Part shown: one piece after another, positions 52,567-64,000 of the stretch | How the letters are laid out: each line of letters begins with the position of its first letter | How positions within the stretch are numbered: position 1 is the first letter of the stretch | Origin: Eledone cirrhosa | Lineage: Eukaryota | Length of the DNA: 64,000 nt | Assembly: GCA_964016885.1 (NCBI GenBank) | Contig: OZ024741.1 | Location: 359,352,001 to 359,416,000, forward strand | Direction: 5' to 3' | Program-made: the position numbers and the translations under genes | The notes under the pieces: model-generated | What the model was told of the DNA's origin: nothing | The model's input: only the letters and a program-made list of their open reading frames with translations | The model's database searches: none

Positions 52567-54621
52567 TATATATGTGTGTGTGTGTGTATAACCATGCAAG
52601 CGTGGAACACGGACGTTAAACGTTGATGATGATGATGATACACACATATACGTGTGTATGTATGTGTATATATGGGAACTTCTATATGCAGATGATCTAA
52701 CTCATAGATGAATCCATGGCTGAACTAGAGAAGAAGTTCCAAACATGGAAGCATGGCCTAGAATCAAAAGGCCTTAGAGTCAACTTGTCTAAGACTAAAG
52801 TTCTAGTATGTAGAAATGAGAATAGGGCACAGGTGCCCTCTTTGAAATGGCCATGCTTAGTGTGTAAGAAATTCCTTTCTATGTCCCAAATGCAAACTAA
52901 GGGTACATAAAAGATGTAGTGGGATCACAGGTAAGCTATCTAAGAATGTAGATTTTATATGTGGCCGATGCTCAGGTGCAGTAAGTAGCAAGTGCCCACA
53001 GGATACTAGCTCCTTCAACTGCCCAGATGGTTCTATAGAAATAGTAGACACTTTCCGTTACCTGGGTGACAAAATCAGCAGTGGAGGAAGGTGCTCTGAA
53101 AGTGTAGTAGCCAGAGTTAGAACGGGATGGAAAAGGTTCAGAGAGCTAATACCGATGTTGGCCACAAGGGGTTTTTCTCTAAAGGTGAAAGGCAGATTGT
53201 ATGATGCTTGTATATGAGCGGCGATATTACATGGTAGTGAGACCTGGGTGTTGTGTACTGAAGACTTGCGTAGATTAGAAAGAAATGAAGCTTGCATGCT
53301 CCGATGGATGTGTAATAGTAATGTGTGCAAACGGCAAAGCATAAACAAATTGAGAGAGAGACTATGCATAAGAGGTATCAAATGTTGTGTTCTGGAGAGG
53401 AGACTGCGGTGGTATGGCAATGTGATGCATATGAAGGACAACAGCTGTATAAAAAAGTGCAATGAAAATTGATGGAAGCTACAGAGAGGGTAGACCAAGA
53501 AAAACCTGGGACGAGGTGCTAAAAACTGACCTTGCTCACTTATACCTCTCTAAGACAATGTCACTGGATCGAGATCTTTGGTGCCATGCAGTTGTACAGA
53601 AGACCCACCTTCCCTTGCATACAAACCTACAGTCAGTAGGCACCTCTTAACCTAATATAACATCCTACCCCATCCTCCCATTTCCGTTCCATTCACTGTG
53701 TCGATGACACAACAGTCCACACTGTAACAGGGTCGTGTAGAAGACACGGTAAAAAGGCTCCCTGTCCACACTGTAAATGTGGTTGGTGTTAGGAAGAGCA
53801 TCGAGCTGTAAAAAACTTGCCAGAGACAAGACACTTCCGTATGAGCGAGACACAGTCTCCCAACCATTCCTGCATCAAATGAAACAAAACCGTCTAACCC
53901 ATGCTAGCGTGGAAGATGGACGTTAAACGAAGATAATGATGTACATATATATATATATGATGAGCTTCTGCAATTTCCATTTACCAAATTTCACTCACAA
54001 GACATTGGTCAAACCAAGGCTATAGTAGAAGGCAATTGCCCATGGTGCAATGCAGAACTAAACCTAGAATCACACGATTGTGAAGCAAATTTCCTAGCTA
54101 CACAACCATACCTGTGCCTGTGTTTAAACATCTTTATTTTATTTATTATTTTTTTACAGCATGGGTTGGGTGCATTTTATCATGACACCAGCACTAGCAC
54201 TTTACAAGGCTGGTTGGGTGCATTTTATTATAACATCAGCACTACCACCTTACAAAGTTGGCTGGATGCATTTTATTGTGGAACCAGCATTGACTCGATT
54301 GAATACCCATCTCTAACCTCTGGTCAGGGATGCCTTGTCCCAGGGTAGCCATCAATATGGAGTAAGAAGTGTGGGGTGGGGGTGAAATGTGATGATGACT
54401 GGTGTGAAGTATGATAAATGTGATGGGATTTGGTAGAGGGAAGTGAGGGAGTAATGTAAATATTTAACTAAGTTTTTTTTTTTTTTTTTTTTTTTTTTCA
54501 CAGATACAGTGTTGATGAGATTTCGCCACAAACACCACTCTTTGAAGAAGAATATTGCTATGAAATACTCAGTAAAATTATGCCAGAAAAAAAAGCCTGT
54601 ACAGTTGAAAAAGCTGCCTAG
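36690..54621 (+). CDS. NAA40: N-alpha-acetyltransferase 40 (NatD); join 36690-36695, 43430-43474, 45032-45082, 46901-46953, 48306-48401, 49033-49194, 51191-51274, 52331-52408, 54504-54621
   Basis: Spliced product [59 protein letters not shown]...[40 protein letters not shown]...[41 protein letters not shown]...[12 protein letters not shown]...YCYEILSK...* matches remembered NAA40 motifs (RRKGLG acetyl-CoA motif); all introns GT-AG and in phase. Confidence 0.95.
37020..38995 (+). mobile_element. Degraded RTE-like LINE (APE endonuclease plus RT remnants) in NAA40 intron 1
   Basis: [48 protein letters not shown] remnants; ends approximate. Confidence 0.75.
39325..42837 (-). mobile_element. Near-full-length Penelope-like element with direct pseudo-LTRs and TSD
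   Basis: 237-bp direct repeats 39325-39561 and 42601-42837; flanking duplication TCTAATAC(ATA) at 39317-39327 and 42838-42848; RT + GIY-YIG ORF. Confidence 0.95.
39994..42829 (-). pseudogene. PLE RT/GIY-YIG ORF broken by two frameshifts
   Basis: [85 protein letters not shown]; frameshifts at a (CA)n run ~41760 and at the 40433-40504 palindrome. Confidence 0.92.
52672..53941 (+). mobile_element. 5'-truncated RTE LINE in NAA40 last intron
   Basis: WELLYADDL start, same family as the 55-59 kb copies, GAT tail. Confidence 0.9.
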
Positions 54622-54625
54622 CATT

Positions 54626-54631
54626 AATAAA
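54626..54631 (+). promoter_or_regulatory. Candidate polyadenylation signal of NAA40 (second AATAAA ~54707)
   Basis: AATAAA immediately after the stop codon; the AT-rich background makes this uncertain. Confidence 0.35.
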
Positions 54632-55417
54632 TTTGTATATTCATCAATGAGAAGAATTCTTATATTTCTTTCAGCCTATAATGAATTGTAACTATAATTA
54701 ATTGTGAATAAATTGGGTATGACTCCTTGAGGCAGAAAAAGTAGATCATTGCCTATGGGACTCAAACTCACATCTACCCATATATCAGAAAACTGTGTTA
54801 CCATTACATCAAAGCAGCCAGCCACAAGTGATTATCCATTTTTTCCACTTCAATAAGTTATTGATTTATATGCCACTATTATATAGTGATAATTCATGCA
54901 TTGTGACTCTTTATAACAACCATAGTTTGAAATTAATTATTTGATTTTTAAGATAGTCATTTAAACCAGTCGTATCCGGCCAGAACTCTCTCATTTCTTT
55001 CTGTTCAAACTGGTCATAAACAGCTGTTCATACTTATGTTAAGGTATTGTTCCCAAAATAAATATCAAAATCTCATAGATTCGATATTATGTGAGATAAA
55101 GCCTTTACTGTGAAAATATAATAGTAAATACCAAAGGGTTAACATGATTCTTATATAAAATTATGTTGGAACATTTTGAAATGAGGGCTTTTGTTTTATA
55201 AAACCAGGAGCGGTTTTGGGCAGGCTGGTGTCAAAGTATTGTTCAAATGAGTCATTTGAAATTAGTTAATGTTCACTTAATTCTTTTGTGATATAAAACT
55301 GCCCATTTTATCTCAGAATATGTTAAATTATATTCCAAACAATAGCTTGCTAACATCAAAATTATTTTACTGAAGCTTTCCAAATTTCTTTTATTGTTAA
55401 TAAAATTAAATGGAAAT

Positions 55418-56817
55418 CATCATCATCATCATCATCATCATCGTTTAACGTCCATGTTCCACGCTTGCATGGGTTTGGACGGGAGTTTTTCCACTTGAGG
55501 CAAGAGTGGTTGTCTTGCTCCTATAGGACTGTCTGGCGGGTTTTCTACAGCTGGATGCCCTTCCTAACACCAACCACATTTACAGTGTGGGACTGGGAGG
55601 TTTTTACCGTGTTGCCTACACGGCCACATTACAGCGTGGACTGTGTGTTTTTTTGTCGTGACACCTACACGATCTCATTTGTTTCGGCCTGGATGTTGTG
55701 GCACCAACATAACTTTACATTGAAGGGGGGGGGGGGTATTTTGTTAGAGATGCCTACTGACTGTAGTAGGTTTTACTTTGTATTTAGGTAAGGCGGGTCT
55801 TCTCTATTACTGAGTACCGCCAAAGATCTCGGTCCAGTGACATTGTCTTGGAAAGGTGTAAGTGTGTGAGGTCGGAATTTATCAGGTTGCCCCAGGTTTT
55901 TCTGGGTCTGCCTACTCCGTGGCTACCATCTATCTTTATTGCCCTGCATTTTTTTATACAGCTGTCGTCTTTCATGCGCATCACGTGACCATACCAACGT
56001 AGCCTTCTCTCGAGTAAACAACATCTGATCCCTCTTATTTCTAATTTTTTCCTTAGTTCGTTTATGCTTTGCCGTTCACGTATATTACTATTACACATCC
56101 AGCGGAGCATGCAAGCTTCGTTCCTCTCTAGTCTGCGTATATCCTCTGCACACAATGCCCAGGTCTCACTGCCATGCAACATTGCTGTTCGTATGCAGGC
56201 ATCATACAGCATGCCTTTCATTTTTAGGGAGAACCCTTTAGCGGCTAATAGTGGTATAAGTTCTCTGAACTTTTTCCATCCAGTTCTGACTCTAGCTACT
56301 GTACTTTCAGAGCACCCTCCCCCACTGCTGATTTTGTCACCCAGGTAACGGAAGCTGTCCACTATTTCTATAGAACCCTCTGCGCAATTGAAAGAGCTAG
56401 TATTTTGTGGGCACTTGCTGGTACTTATTGCACCAGACCACCGGCCACATGTAAAATCTGTGTTCTTAGTTAGCTTACCTGTGATCCCACTACATCTTTT
56501 ATGCACCCATATTTTGCATTTGGGACATAAAATGGAGTTCCTACCTACGCCTTTCCTACACACTGAGCATGGCCATTTCCCGGAAGGGACCGGCGCCTTA
56601 TTTTCTTTCCTACAAACTAGAACTTTAGTCTTAGCCAGGTTAATTTTAAGGCCTTTTGATTGTAGGCCGTGCTTCCATGTTTGGAATTTCTTCTCTAGCT
56701 CGGCCATTGATTCAGCTATGAGCGTTAGATCATCTGCGTATAGGAGTTCCCATGGGCAGCCGGTCTTGAACTCCACTGTTATAGCCTGAAGGGCAATAAT
56801 AAATAGTAGGGGGCTAG
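55418..56817 (-). mobile_element. 5'-truncated RTE LINE with a 330-aa open RT C-terminus
   Basis: [37 protein letters not shown] Cys-rich insert, YLGD, (GAT)n tail. Confidence 0.93.
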
Positions 56818-57103
56818 GTAATATATCTCATTAGAAACATGGTAATGAAAGGGTTAATTATCTTTTTAGTTGTCAAAATTAGTAAAATTTCTGTCTTTAT
56901 TTTGCCAGAGAATTTATTGTTTTTTCTTTTAATATTTTATGCCACTTGACTGGTCCAACCCATGCCAGCATGGAAAGTCAATATATGTTTACTCATTTCT
57001 GTCTATGAGAGTGACATGAGACTGTTTTTAACTCAATGTGAAACAAATAGCTCAAGGAACTTTGTAAAGCACAGGTTTTCTTGATGTTTATGACCTTCAG
57101 TGA

Positions 57104-59065
57104 TCATCATCAACATCATCATCATCATCATTTAACGTCTATCTTCCACACTAGCATCGGTTTAGACGGAAATTGTCCCACTTGAGGCAAGATTGGTCGT
57201 CTCGCTCGCATGGAACTGTCTGGCAGGTTTTCTATGGCTGGATGCCCTTCCTAACACCAACCACGTTTACAGTGTGGACTGGGAGATTTTTACCGTGTTA
57301 CCTACACGGCCACATTACAGCGTGGACTGTGTTTTTTTGTTGTGACACCTACACAACCTCATTTATTTAGGACTGGATGTTGTGGTACCAACATAACTTT
57401 ACAGAGAAAGGGGTGGATGAGTTGGGGTAGTGGGACGGGGGTGTATATTTGATTAAGAGGTGCCTACTGACTAGGTTTTGCTTTGTATTTAGGCAAGGCG
57501 GGTCATCTGTATTACTGCATAGCACCAAAGATCTCGGTCCAGTGACATTATCTTAGAGAAGTATAAGGTCGGAATTTATCAAATCGTGCCAGGTTTTTCT
57601 GGGCGTGCCTACGCCGTAACTTCCGACAATTTTGATCGCCCTGCACTTTTTTATACAGCTGTCGTCTTTCATGCGCATCAGATGACCATACCAACGTAGT
57701 CTTCTCTCAAGTAAACAGCATCTGATCCCTCTTATACCTAATTTTTCACTTAGTTCATTTATGCTTTGCTGTTTATGTATATTACTATTACACATCCAAC
57801 GGAGCATGCAAGCTTCGTTCCTCTCCAGTCTGCGCATATCCTCTGCACACAATGCCCATGTCTCACTGCCATGTAACATAGCTGTTCGTATGCAGGCATC
57901 ATACAGTCTGCCTTTCATTTTTAGAGAGAAACCTTTAGCGGCCAATAGTGGTATAAGCTCTCTGAACTTTTTCCATCCCGTTCTGACTCTGGCTACAGTA
58001 CTTTCTGAGCACCCTCCACCACTGCTGATTTTGTCACCCAGGTAACGGAAGGTGTCCACTATTTCTATAGAGCCATCTGGGCAATAGAAGGAGCTAGTAT
58101 CCTGTGGGCTCTTGCTACTTATTGCACCTGAGCACCGACCACATATAAAATCTACGTTCTTAGATAGCTTACCTGTGATCCCACTACATCTTTTATGCAC
58201 CCATACTTTGCATTTGGGACATAAAATGGAATTTCTGCTTACTCCTTTCCTACACACTGAGCATGGCCATTTCCCAGAGGGGACCTGTGCCCTATTTTCC
58301 TTCCTACATACTAGAACTTTAGTCTTAAACAAGTTAACTTTAAGGCCTTTTGATTCTAGGCCATGCTTCCATGTTTGGGATTTCTTCTCTAATTCAGCTA
58401 TGAGCGTTAGATCATCTGCGTATAGAAGTTCCCATGGGCAGCCGGTCTTGAACTCCTCTGTTATAGCCTGAAGGGCAATAATAAATAGTAGGGGGCTAAG
58501 TACAGAGCCCTGAGCGACACCAACTTTTACGCTAAATTCTTCACTATATTTGTTGTTAATTCTAACCTTGTTGACTGTTTCTTTATACATGGCTTGTATA
58601 GCTCTCACAAGCCATTCATCAACAACCTAGTTTTCTAAGGGCCTACCAGATAATGGCGCAGGGGACTCTGTCAAATGCTTTTTTCAAGTCAACAAAAGCT
58701 AAGTATAGGGGTTTACTTTTAGCTAGGTACTTTTGTAGTTGTCGTACAAGGAAACGGGCGCCTGTGGTACTTTTACCCGACACAAATCCAAACTGCATTT
58801 TGTCTAGATCAATTTGCTCTCTGATTAATTGCACTATAACTTTTTCTGTGACCTTCATGACCTGGTCAATTAATTTAATGCCTCTATAGTTTCCTCTATC
58901 TAGTGCAACTCCTTTACCCTTGTAGCAGTTAATGATGATGCGGTTACACCAGTCCTTCGGAACGACCCCATTCTGTATGACTTGGTTTACTATCCGAGTG
59001 ACCATAGTGTGTCCCACCATTCCAGATGCTTTCAGCATTTCAGCAACTATCTCCGAAGGCCCAGC
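57104..59065 (-). mobile_element. 5'-truncated RTE LINE (longer copy)
   Basis: YKGKG..LDRGNYRGIKL, QFGFVSGKSTT, AFVDLKKAFDRVP, QGSVLSPLLF, YADD; (GAT)n tail. Confidence 0.93.
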
Positions 59066-61996
59066 CTGTCTTCATATCTTTGATTGCCTTATATACAAAG
59101 ATAATACTGCTCCGGAATGCATCAAGTGCACTCAGCAAGGACCCTGATAAAATGCACCCAATACATGTTGTAAACTCGTTGGCATTAAAAACAACATCCA
59201 TTATAATTTAATGTGAAAAGTTTTATTCCCCAAATACCAAATTAATAATGAGAAAATTAGTTACATTACTAAATCCTAAATTCATTTTTGTTTTCAAAAT
59301 TATTTGAAAATCATAGGCAGTGTCTTTCTTTAGAAAAGGTAATGAAAATATTAATCTTTAGAAAAGTTCATTTACTAAGTGACAATCTGATCTAGTCATT
59401 ATTTATTTTCAATAAAGAAAACAAAATATTGAAAGAAAAATATATTTATTCAAAAATTTATAATCTTCACATAATTTCGTTTTCTACACTGGCCACATTT
59501 CTTGCAGTCGTACAACCATAATTTCCTTCAAGTGTATCTCTTAAAGCCAGCATAGCTACACCATTGAAATCTAGATTCCATGTTCGTTCATAAGACACAT
59601 TCCAAGTATTACTTTGACTAGATTGATGATTCTCAAACACGTGGCACTTTGTTACCAGCGAAAGAAAAGTCTACTTTGTGTATGCATAAACAAAATACTA
59701 ATGTACCCAACTATATGGGCATTCATGACTTAACAGTTCACAAATAATAAAATGCTGCTTCAGACGTAATCATGTTTGAGATTACAATTATTAAGGTTTG
59801 GAAACCTTTCTCAAGTGAAAAATGACTAGATGACAATTCAAAATGAGGAATTTAGGAGACCTCAGATTGAAGCAGAGGAATGGGACCTGGGTCTCTGAAA
59901 ACCGCAGGACTAGATATATTACAACAACCACTAAGATAGTATATTAAACAGAGCATATATCTCTACTTAACTCATTCTGGCTGGACCTGTGCCATATTAC
60001 TCATAAGGCTGACTAGAGGACCATGAATTTATGTTTATAGTAGGGTGATAAATTAAAGTGAAATACCTGAAAGCCTAAGGGCCTATCAATGGATTAATAA
60101 AGCCAATGTCTTCTTCGCCCACTTATTCCTAAGAGGGTTGTGGGAGCAGAGTCTTCAAGCACTCCTTCCAGCAGGTCCTATCAGAAGCAACCATTTCTAA
60201 CTGATCCAGCTGGATCCCCAAAAAAGATTAGCCAAGCTCATGGATGTTATCCATCCATCTTGCTTTGGGTCTCCTTGCCAGGTGGTTTTGCCCATAAAAT
60301 CTGTCGAGCGATTCTTTCCTGAAACATTTTAACCACAGGCCCATAGTATCAGAGCTGTGATCTTTCAATTTGGAGAAGTAACAGCTCTACCTCGAACGAT
60401 TCTCTGAGCTATGCACTCTATTGAGTAACGTTACTCCAAAGACTGCGAAGATGCACCTCTCTGAAGAGAAGAGAACCCCAGATGTGTTCCTGATAGCAGG
60501 TGTGGAGGAGGACTTATGAAGTCGATGGATGATTTGCCAGAACATTATTTGCTGATCTGAAGTAGGATTCCAGCTTAACCCACCAATGTCTGGATGGAAA
60601 AATATCTTGTAATCCATTTCTCTGTTGAATGTTAGGTGATAGGAAAAACATCCAGCTGTGAAATAAAAATTTTAAATATAAACAAATGCACAAAAATCTT
60701 GCATTTATAATAATTTTAACATTGATACAAGGCCAGAATTTTTGGGTAAAGGGAAAGTTGATTATATTGACCCCAGTACGTAACTTGTACTTTATTTTAT
60801 CAACCCCAGAAGGATAAAAGAGAAAGTTGACCTTGGTGGAATTTGAACTCAGAACGTAGAAAGTCATTACTAAATGCCCCAAAGCATTTTGCCTGATGCT
60901 CTACTAATATTACCAATTCAACACTTGCGTTTAAGATAATAGAAACCAAATGGCTAAGTGGGTAGCAATGTCAAACTGGAAACTTCTGAGTAGTAAGTTC
61001 AAATCCACTGAGCTGGAAATTTTATTTAATCGGTTGTATCCAGCCAGAATTCTCTCACCTCTTTCTTTTCAAACCAGCTGTAACCAGCCATTCATGCTGA
61101 TGTTTAGATATTGTTCTCAAAATAAATAATATAAAAATTCCATAGATTCGATATTATGTGAGGTAAAAAGCTTTTACCATGAAAATATAATAGTAAATAT
61201 AGAGTAATGTAAATGCTAAAGGGTTAAAATATACCTAGTTATGAGGAAATAGGCTGTAGAATTTTTAGTCATAGCACATCGCCTGGCCTGGTAGTCAAAC
61301 TTACAACCTTATGATTATGAATCCAACTCCGTAACCACAAAGCTAAGTCCCTTCACATGAAAGGTAAAGTTGACCTCAATGTGAGTTGAATTCAGTAATT
61401 AACCCTTTCATGACTATATTCTAATTAAATACACTCTATTTCAATTAATTAATGAACAGTTTACTAAAATTATTATGTTAATGACTTAGTATAAGGTTCT
61501 TATATAAGATTATGTTGGATGATATTAATTTAAATAGGAACTCTTTAAAATCGGTGGTTTTGTTTCATAGAACCAGGGTCAATTTTGGGTGGATTGTATC
61601 AAACCAGTTAAAGAGCAGTAAAAAACACTGCAGGCAATTTGATTGACGCTTTAAAGATTCTACCAACCCACTGATGGAAAGCCATTTTCTATACATTTTT
61701 TGTGTAAGAGTGAGAAGTTACAGTGAATTTATTCAACCCTAGGTTTATACAGATAGAGGACAATGAATAATTGTTTCTACTTTTGATACAAGGCCAGCAA
61801 TTACTCCAGTGCATTACTGGCATTTTATTTTATCAACCTCATAAGGATGAAAGGCAAAGTTAACCTCAGTAGGATTTGAACTCAGAAGGTAATGAGCCAT
61901 AACTCTATGCTGCAAAGAATGGCGTCCAACCCTCTACTGATACTGCTAATCCACTGCCTTACAATGAATAATGCAGTTCCATATACGCTAAAAAAA

Positions 61997-62129
61997 TGGG
62001 ATGCTCATTGCTAGAATAATTTTGATTCTAACTTTGTACAATAAAGGTTGATCTAGATGAGCTAAACATCCAGATCAACCTTTATTGTACAAAGTTAGAA
62101 TCAAAATTATTCTAGCAATGAGCATCCCA
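61997..62129. repeat. Near-perfect hairpin: ~63-bp inverted arms, 7-nt loop
   Basis: TGGGATGCTC...GATCTAGATG agctaaa CATCCAGATC...GAGCATCCCA, one mismatch. Confidence 0.95.
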
Positions 62130-62559
62130 AACATCATCATCTGCTTTCCCTGCTAGCAAGGGTTGACAGATCTACATAGCTCAAGTCAACACTGAAGCAG
62201 GGCTACTGATCTCCCAATCAGGCCAGGAATCTGCATCTTGCTTATATATGGTCTCAGGTTCTACAAAGTGTACAGGGGAGGTTTTCATGTCTTTGACACA
62301 ATTGAAGGGTCCTCCCAATCCTTTGTTTGGCTAGCTTTCTATGGCTTGATGCTCTCAACAAGATCTGGCATTTGTTTTTGATTGAAAGACAAAATTAATT
62401 CATCAGCAGAATCTTAACCCTTTTGTTACCATATTTTTAATGAAATACACTGCTTGTGATTTTCAAATCATTTTGAAAATAATCAAGAATTTAGAAGGAT
62501 TTAGTAAAATAACTAACTTTTACATTATTAAGCTGGTTTTTGGAACATAGAATTACAAT

Positions 62560-63425
62560 GGAAGGGTCTCCTGCCGGTTGGTTTTTGCCTGCTAAATCTG
62601 TCCAGTGATTCTTTCCTGAGACATTTTAACCACATGCCCATAGTATCAGAGCTGTGATCTCTCGATTCGAAGATGTAGCAGCTCTACCTGGAGCAACTCT
62701 CTGATCTCCGAGCTACGCACTCTATCGAGTAATGTTACTCCAAAGACCTTTGGAGGAACTCGATTTTGGCTGCTTGTATTCACAATTGCATCCTTTCAGT
62801 CATAACACAAGATTCATGACCATAGGTAAGGGTTGGCACAAATACCGAATTGAAGATAGTGAGTTTGGCTTTTACACCTACCTCCTTTCTGATTACTGAT
62901 GCTGAAGCTGGCACTTTACTGCAGCTCCTCTTGTAATTCTTGCACTTAAGTCAGCCTCCTGCCTTCCATCACTCATGAACACAGCCCCGAGATACTTGAA
63001 TTTCTCCACCTGCTTCAGTAGAATTTCATTCACATGTAGCATGCACTGTGTTGGCTTCCTTGAAAGGATGAGAGTCTCAGCTTTTGCAACACTGATTTTC
63101 ATTCCAGCCATACAGCCCTTGGCATCAAACCTACCAATCCAAATCAGAGAGCACTTTTTGTCGAGTTAAGTAACACCATGTTGTCTGCAGATTCCAGCCA
63201 ATTGATATTACTTCCAACCAGGCTGAGTATTTCAATCCTGTTCATGTAAATAATGAACAGGAGAGGTGACAATACGCACTCTTGGCAGAGTTAAACTCCT
63301 ACATTGAACGGTTTTGATTTAGCACCATTTATCCAAACACAAATACTCAGGTATTCGAATAGAGACATCAGGGCAACAAGAAGCTCACTATTGATCCCAT
63401 GCTCCTGCAGAACCTTCCACAGCTG
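62560..63425 (-). mobile_element. Degraded RTE-like LINE (same family as 37-39 kb; another piece ~60100-60500)
   Basis: GMKISVAKAE, VEKFKYLGAVFMSDG, QECVLSPLLFII remnants. Confidence 0.8.
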
Positions 63426-64000
63426 TTTTTTTAAATTAAATATAAACACTTAAAAACAAACAATATAGCATTTCAGAACCAGTGGTTTGATATAAAAAGT
63501 ATTAACCTTTTTATTACCATATTTTCAATGAAAGATTCTGTCTATGATTTTCAAATAATTTTGAAATTAATCAAGAATTTGGAGGGATCTAATAATAATA
63601 ACTAACCTTCTCTTTATTATGATGGGGTTTAGAACTTAAAAAAGATCTTATATAAAATTATAATCAAAGACTTTTAGATGAATATAAACACATTCAAACA
63701 AAGTTTTATACCATAGAACCAGGGTTGAGTTCATGTAGTTTGGTATCAAAAGGGTTAACCCTTTAGCATTTAAACCGGCTATATCCAGCCAAAATTATCT
63801 CACTTCTTTCTGTTCAAACCGGCATTAACTGGCAGCTCATACTGACGCTAAAGTATTGTTCTCAAAATAAATAATATCAAAATCTCATAGATTCAATATC
63901 ATATGAGATAAAGTCTTTACCATGAAAATATAATAGTAAATATAGAATAATGTAAATGCTAAAGGGTTAAAATATACCTAGTTATGAGGAAATAGGCTGT

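Noticed and set aside
56064-58471. Recurrent plus-strand ORFs ([15 protein letters not shown]...; also 216-704, 53058-53498)
   Set aside because: Antisense shadows of RTE reverse transcriptase sequence

Overview
AT-rich, repeat-dense eukaryotic (metazoan) genomic DNA. The SINE, RTE-LINE and microsatellite landscape suggests a coleoid cephalopod, probably an octopod; this is an inference. Two spliced genes lie head-to-head, with start codons about 2.3 kb apart. (1) Minus strand: nine in-phase exons (34394 down to 1501, continuing off the left edge) encode at least 778 aa of an uncharacterised secreted alpha/beta-hydrolase. It has a signal peptide, a TPR-like motif, a GHSMGG nucleophile elbow and Asp/His triad candidates, and one intron needs a GC donor. 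(2) Plus strand: a complete nine-exon NAA40 (NatD histone N-alpha-acetyltransferase) CDS, 36690-54621. The introns hold a near-complete Ty3/gypsy element (356-bp LTRs, 4-bp TSD, gag 5' half replaced by a 25-bp tandem array) and a near-full-length Penelope-like element (pseudo-LTRs, TSD, RT + GIY-YIG). They also hold a Neptune-type PLE fragment in (TA)n with an intact-looking hammerhead ribozyme, further hammerhead-like relics, many RTE LINEs, tRNA-derived SINEs and piggyBac-like MITEs. A CRE-type RLE fragment lies between the genes, and there are several fold-back palindromes. No prokaryotic systems or CRISPR arrays are supported.
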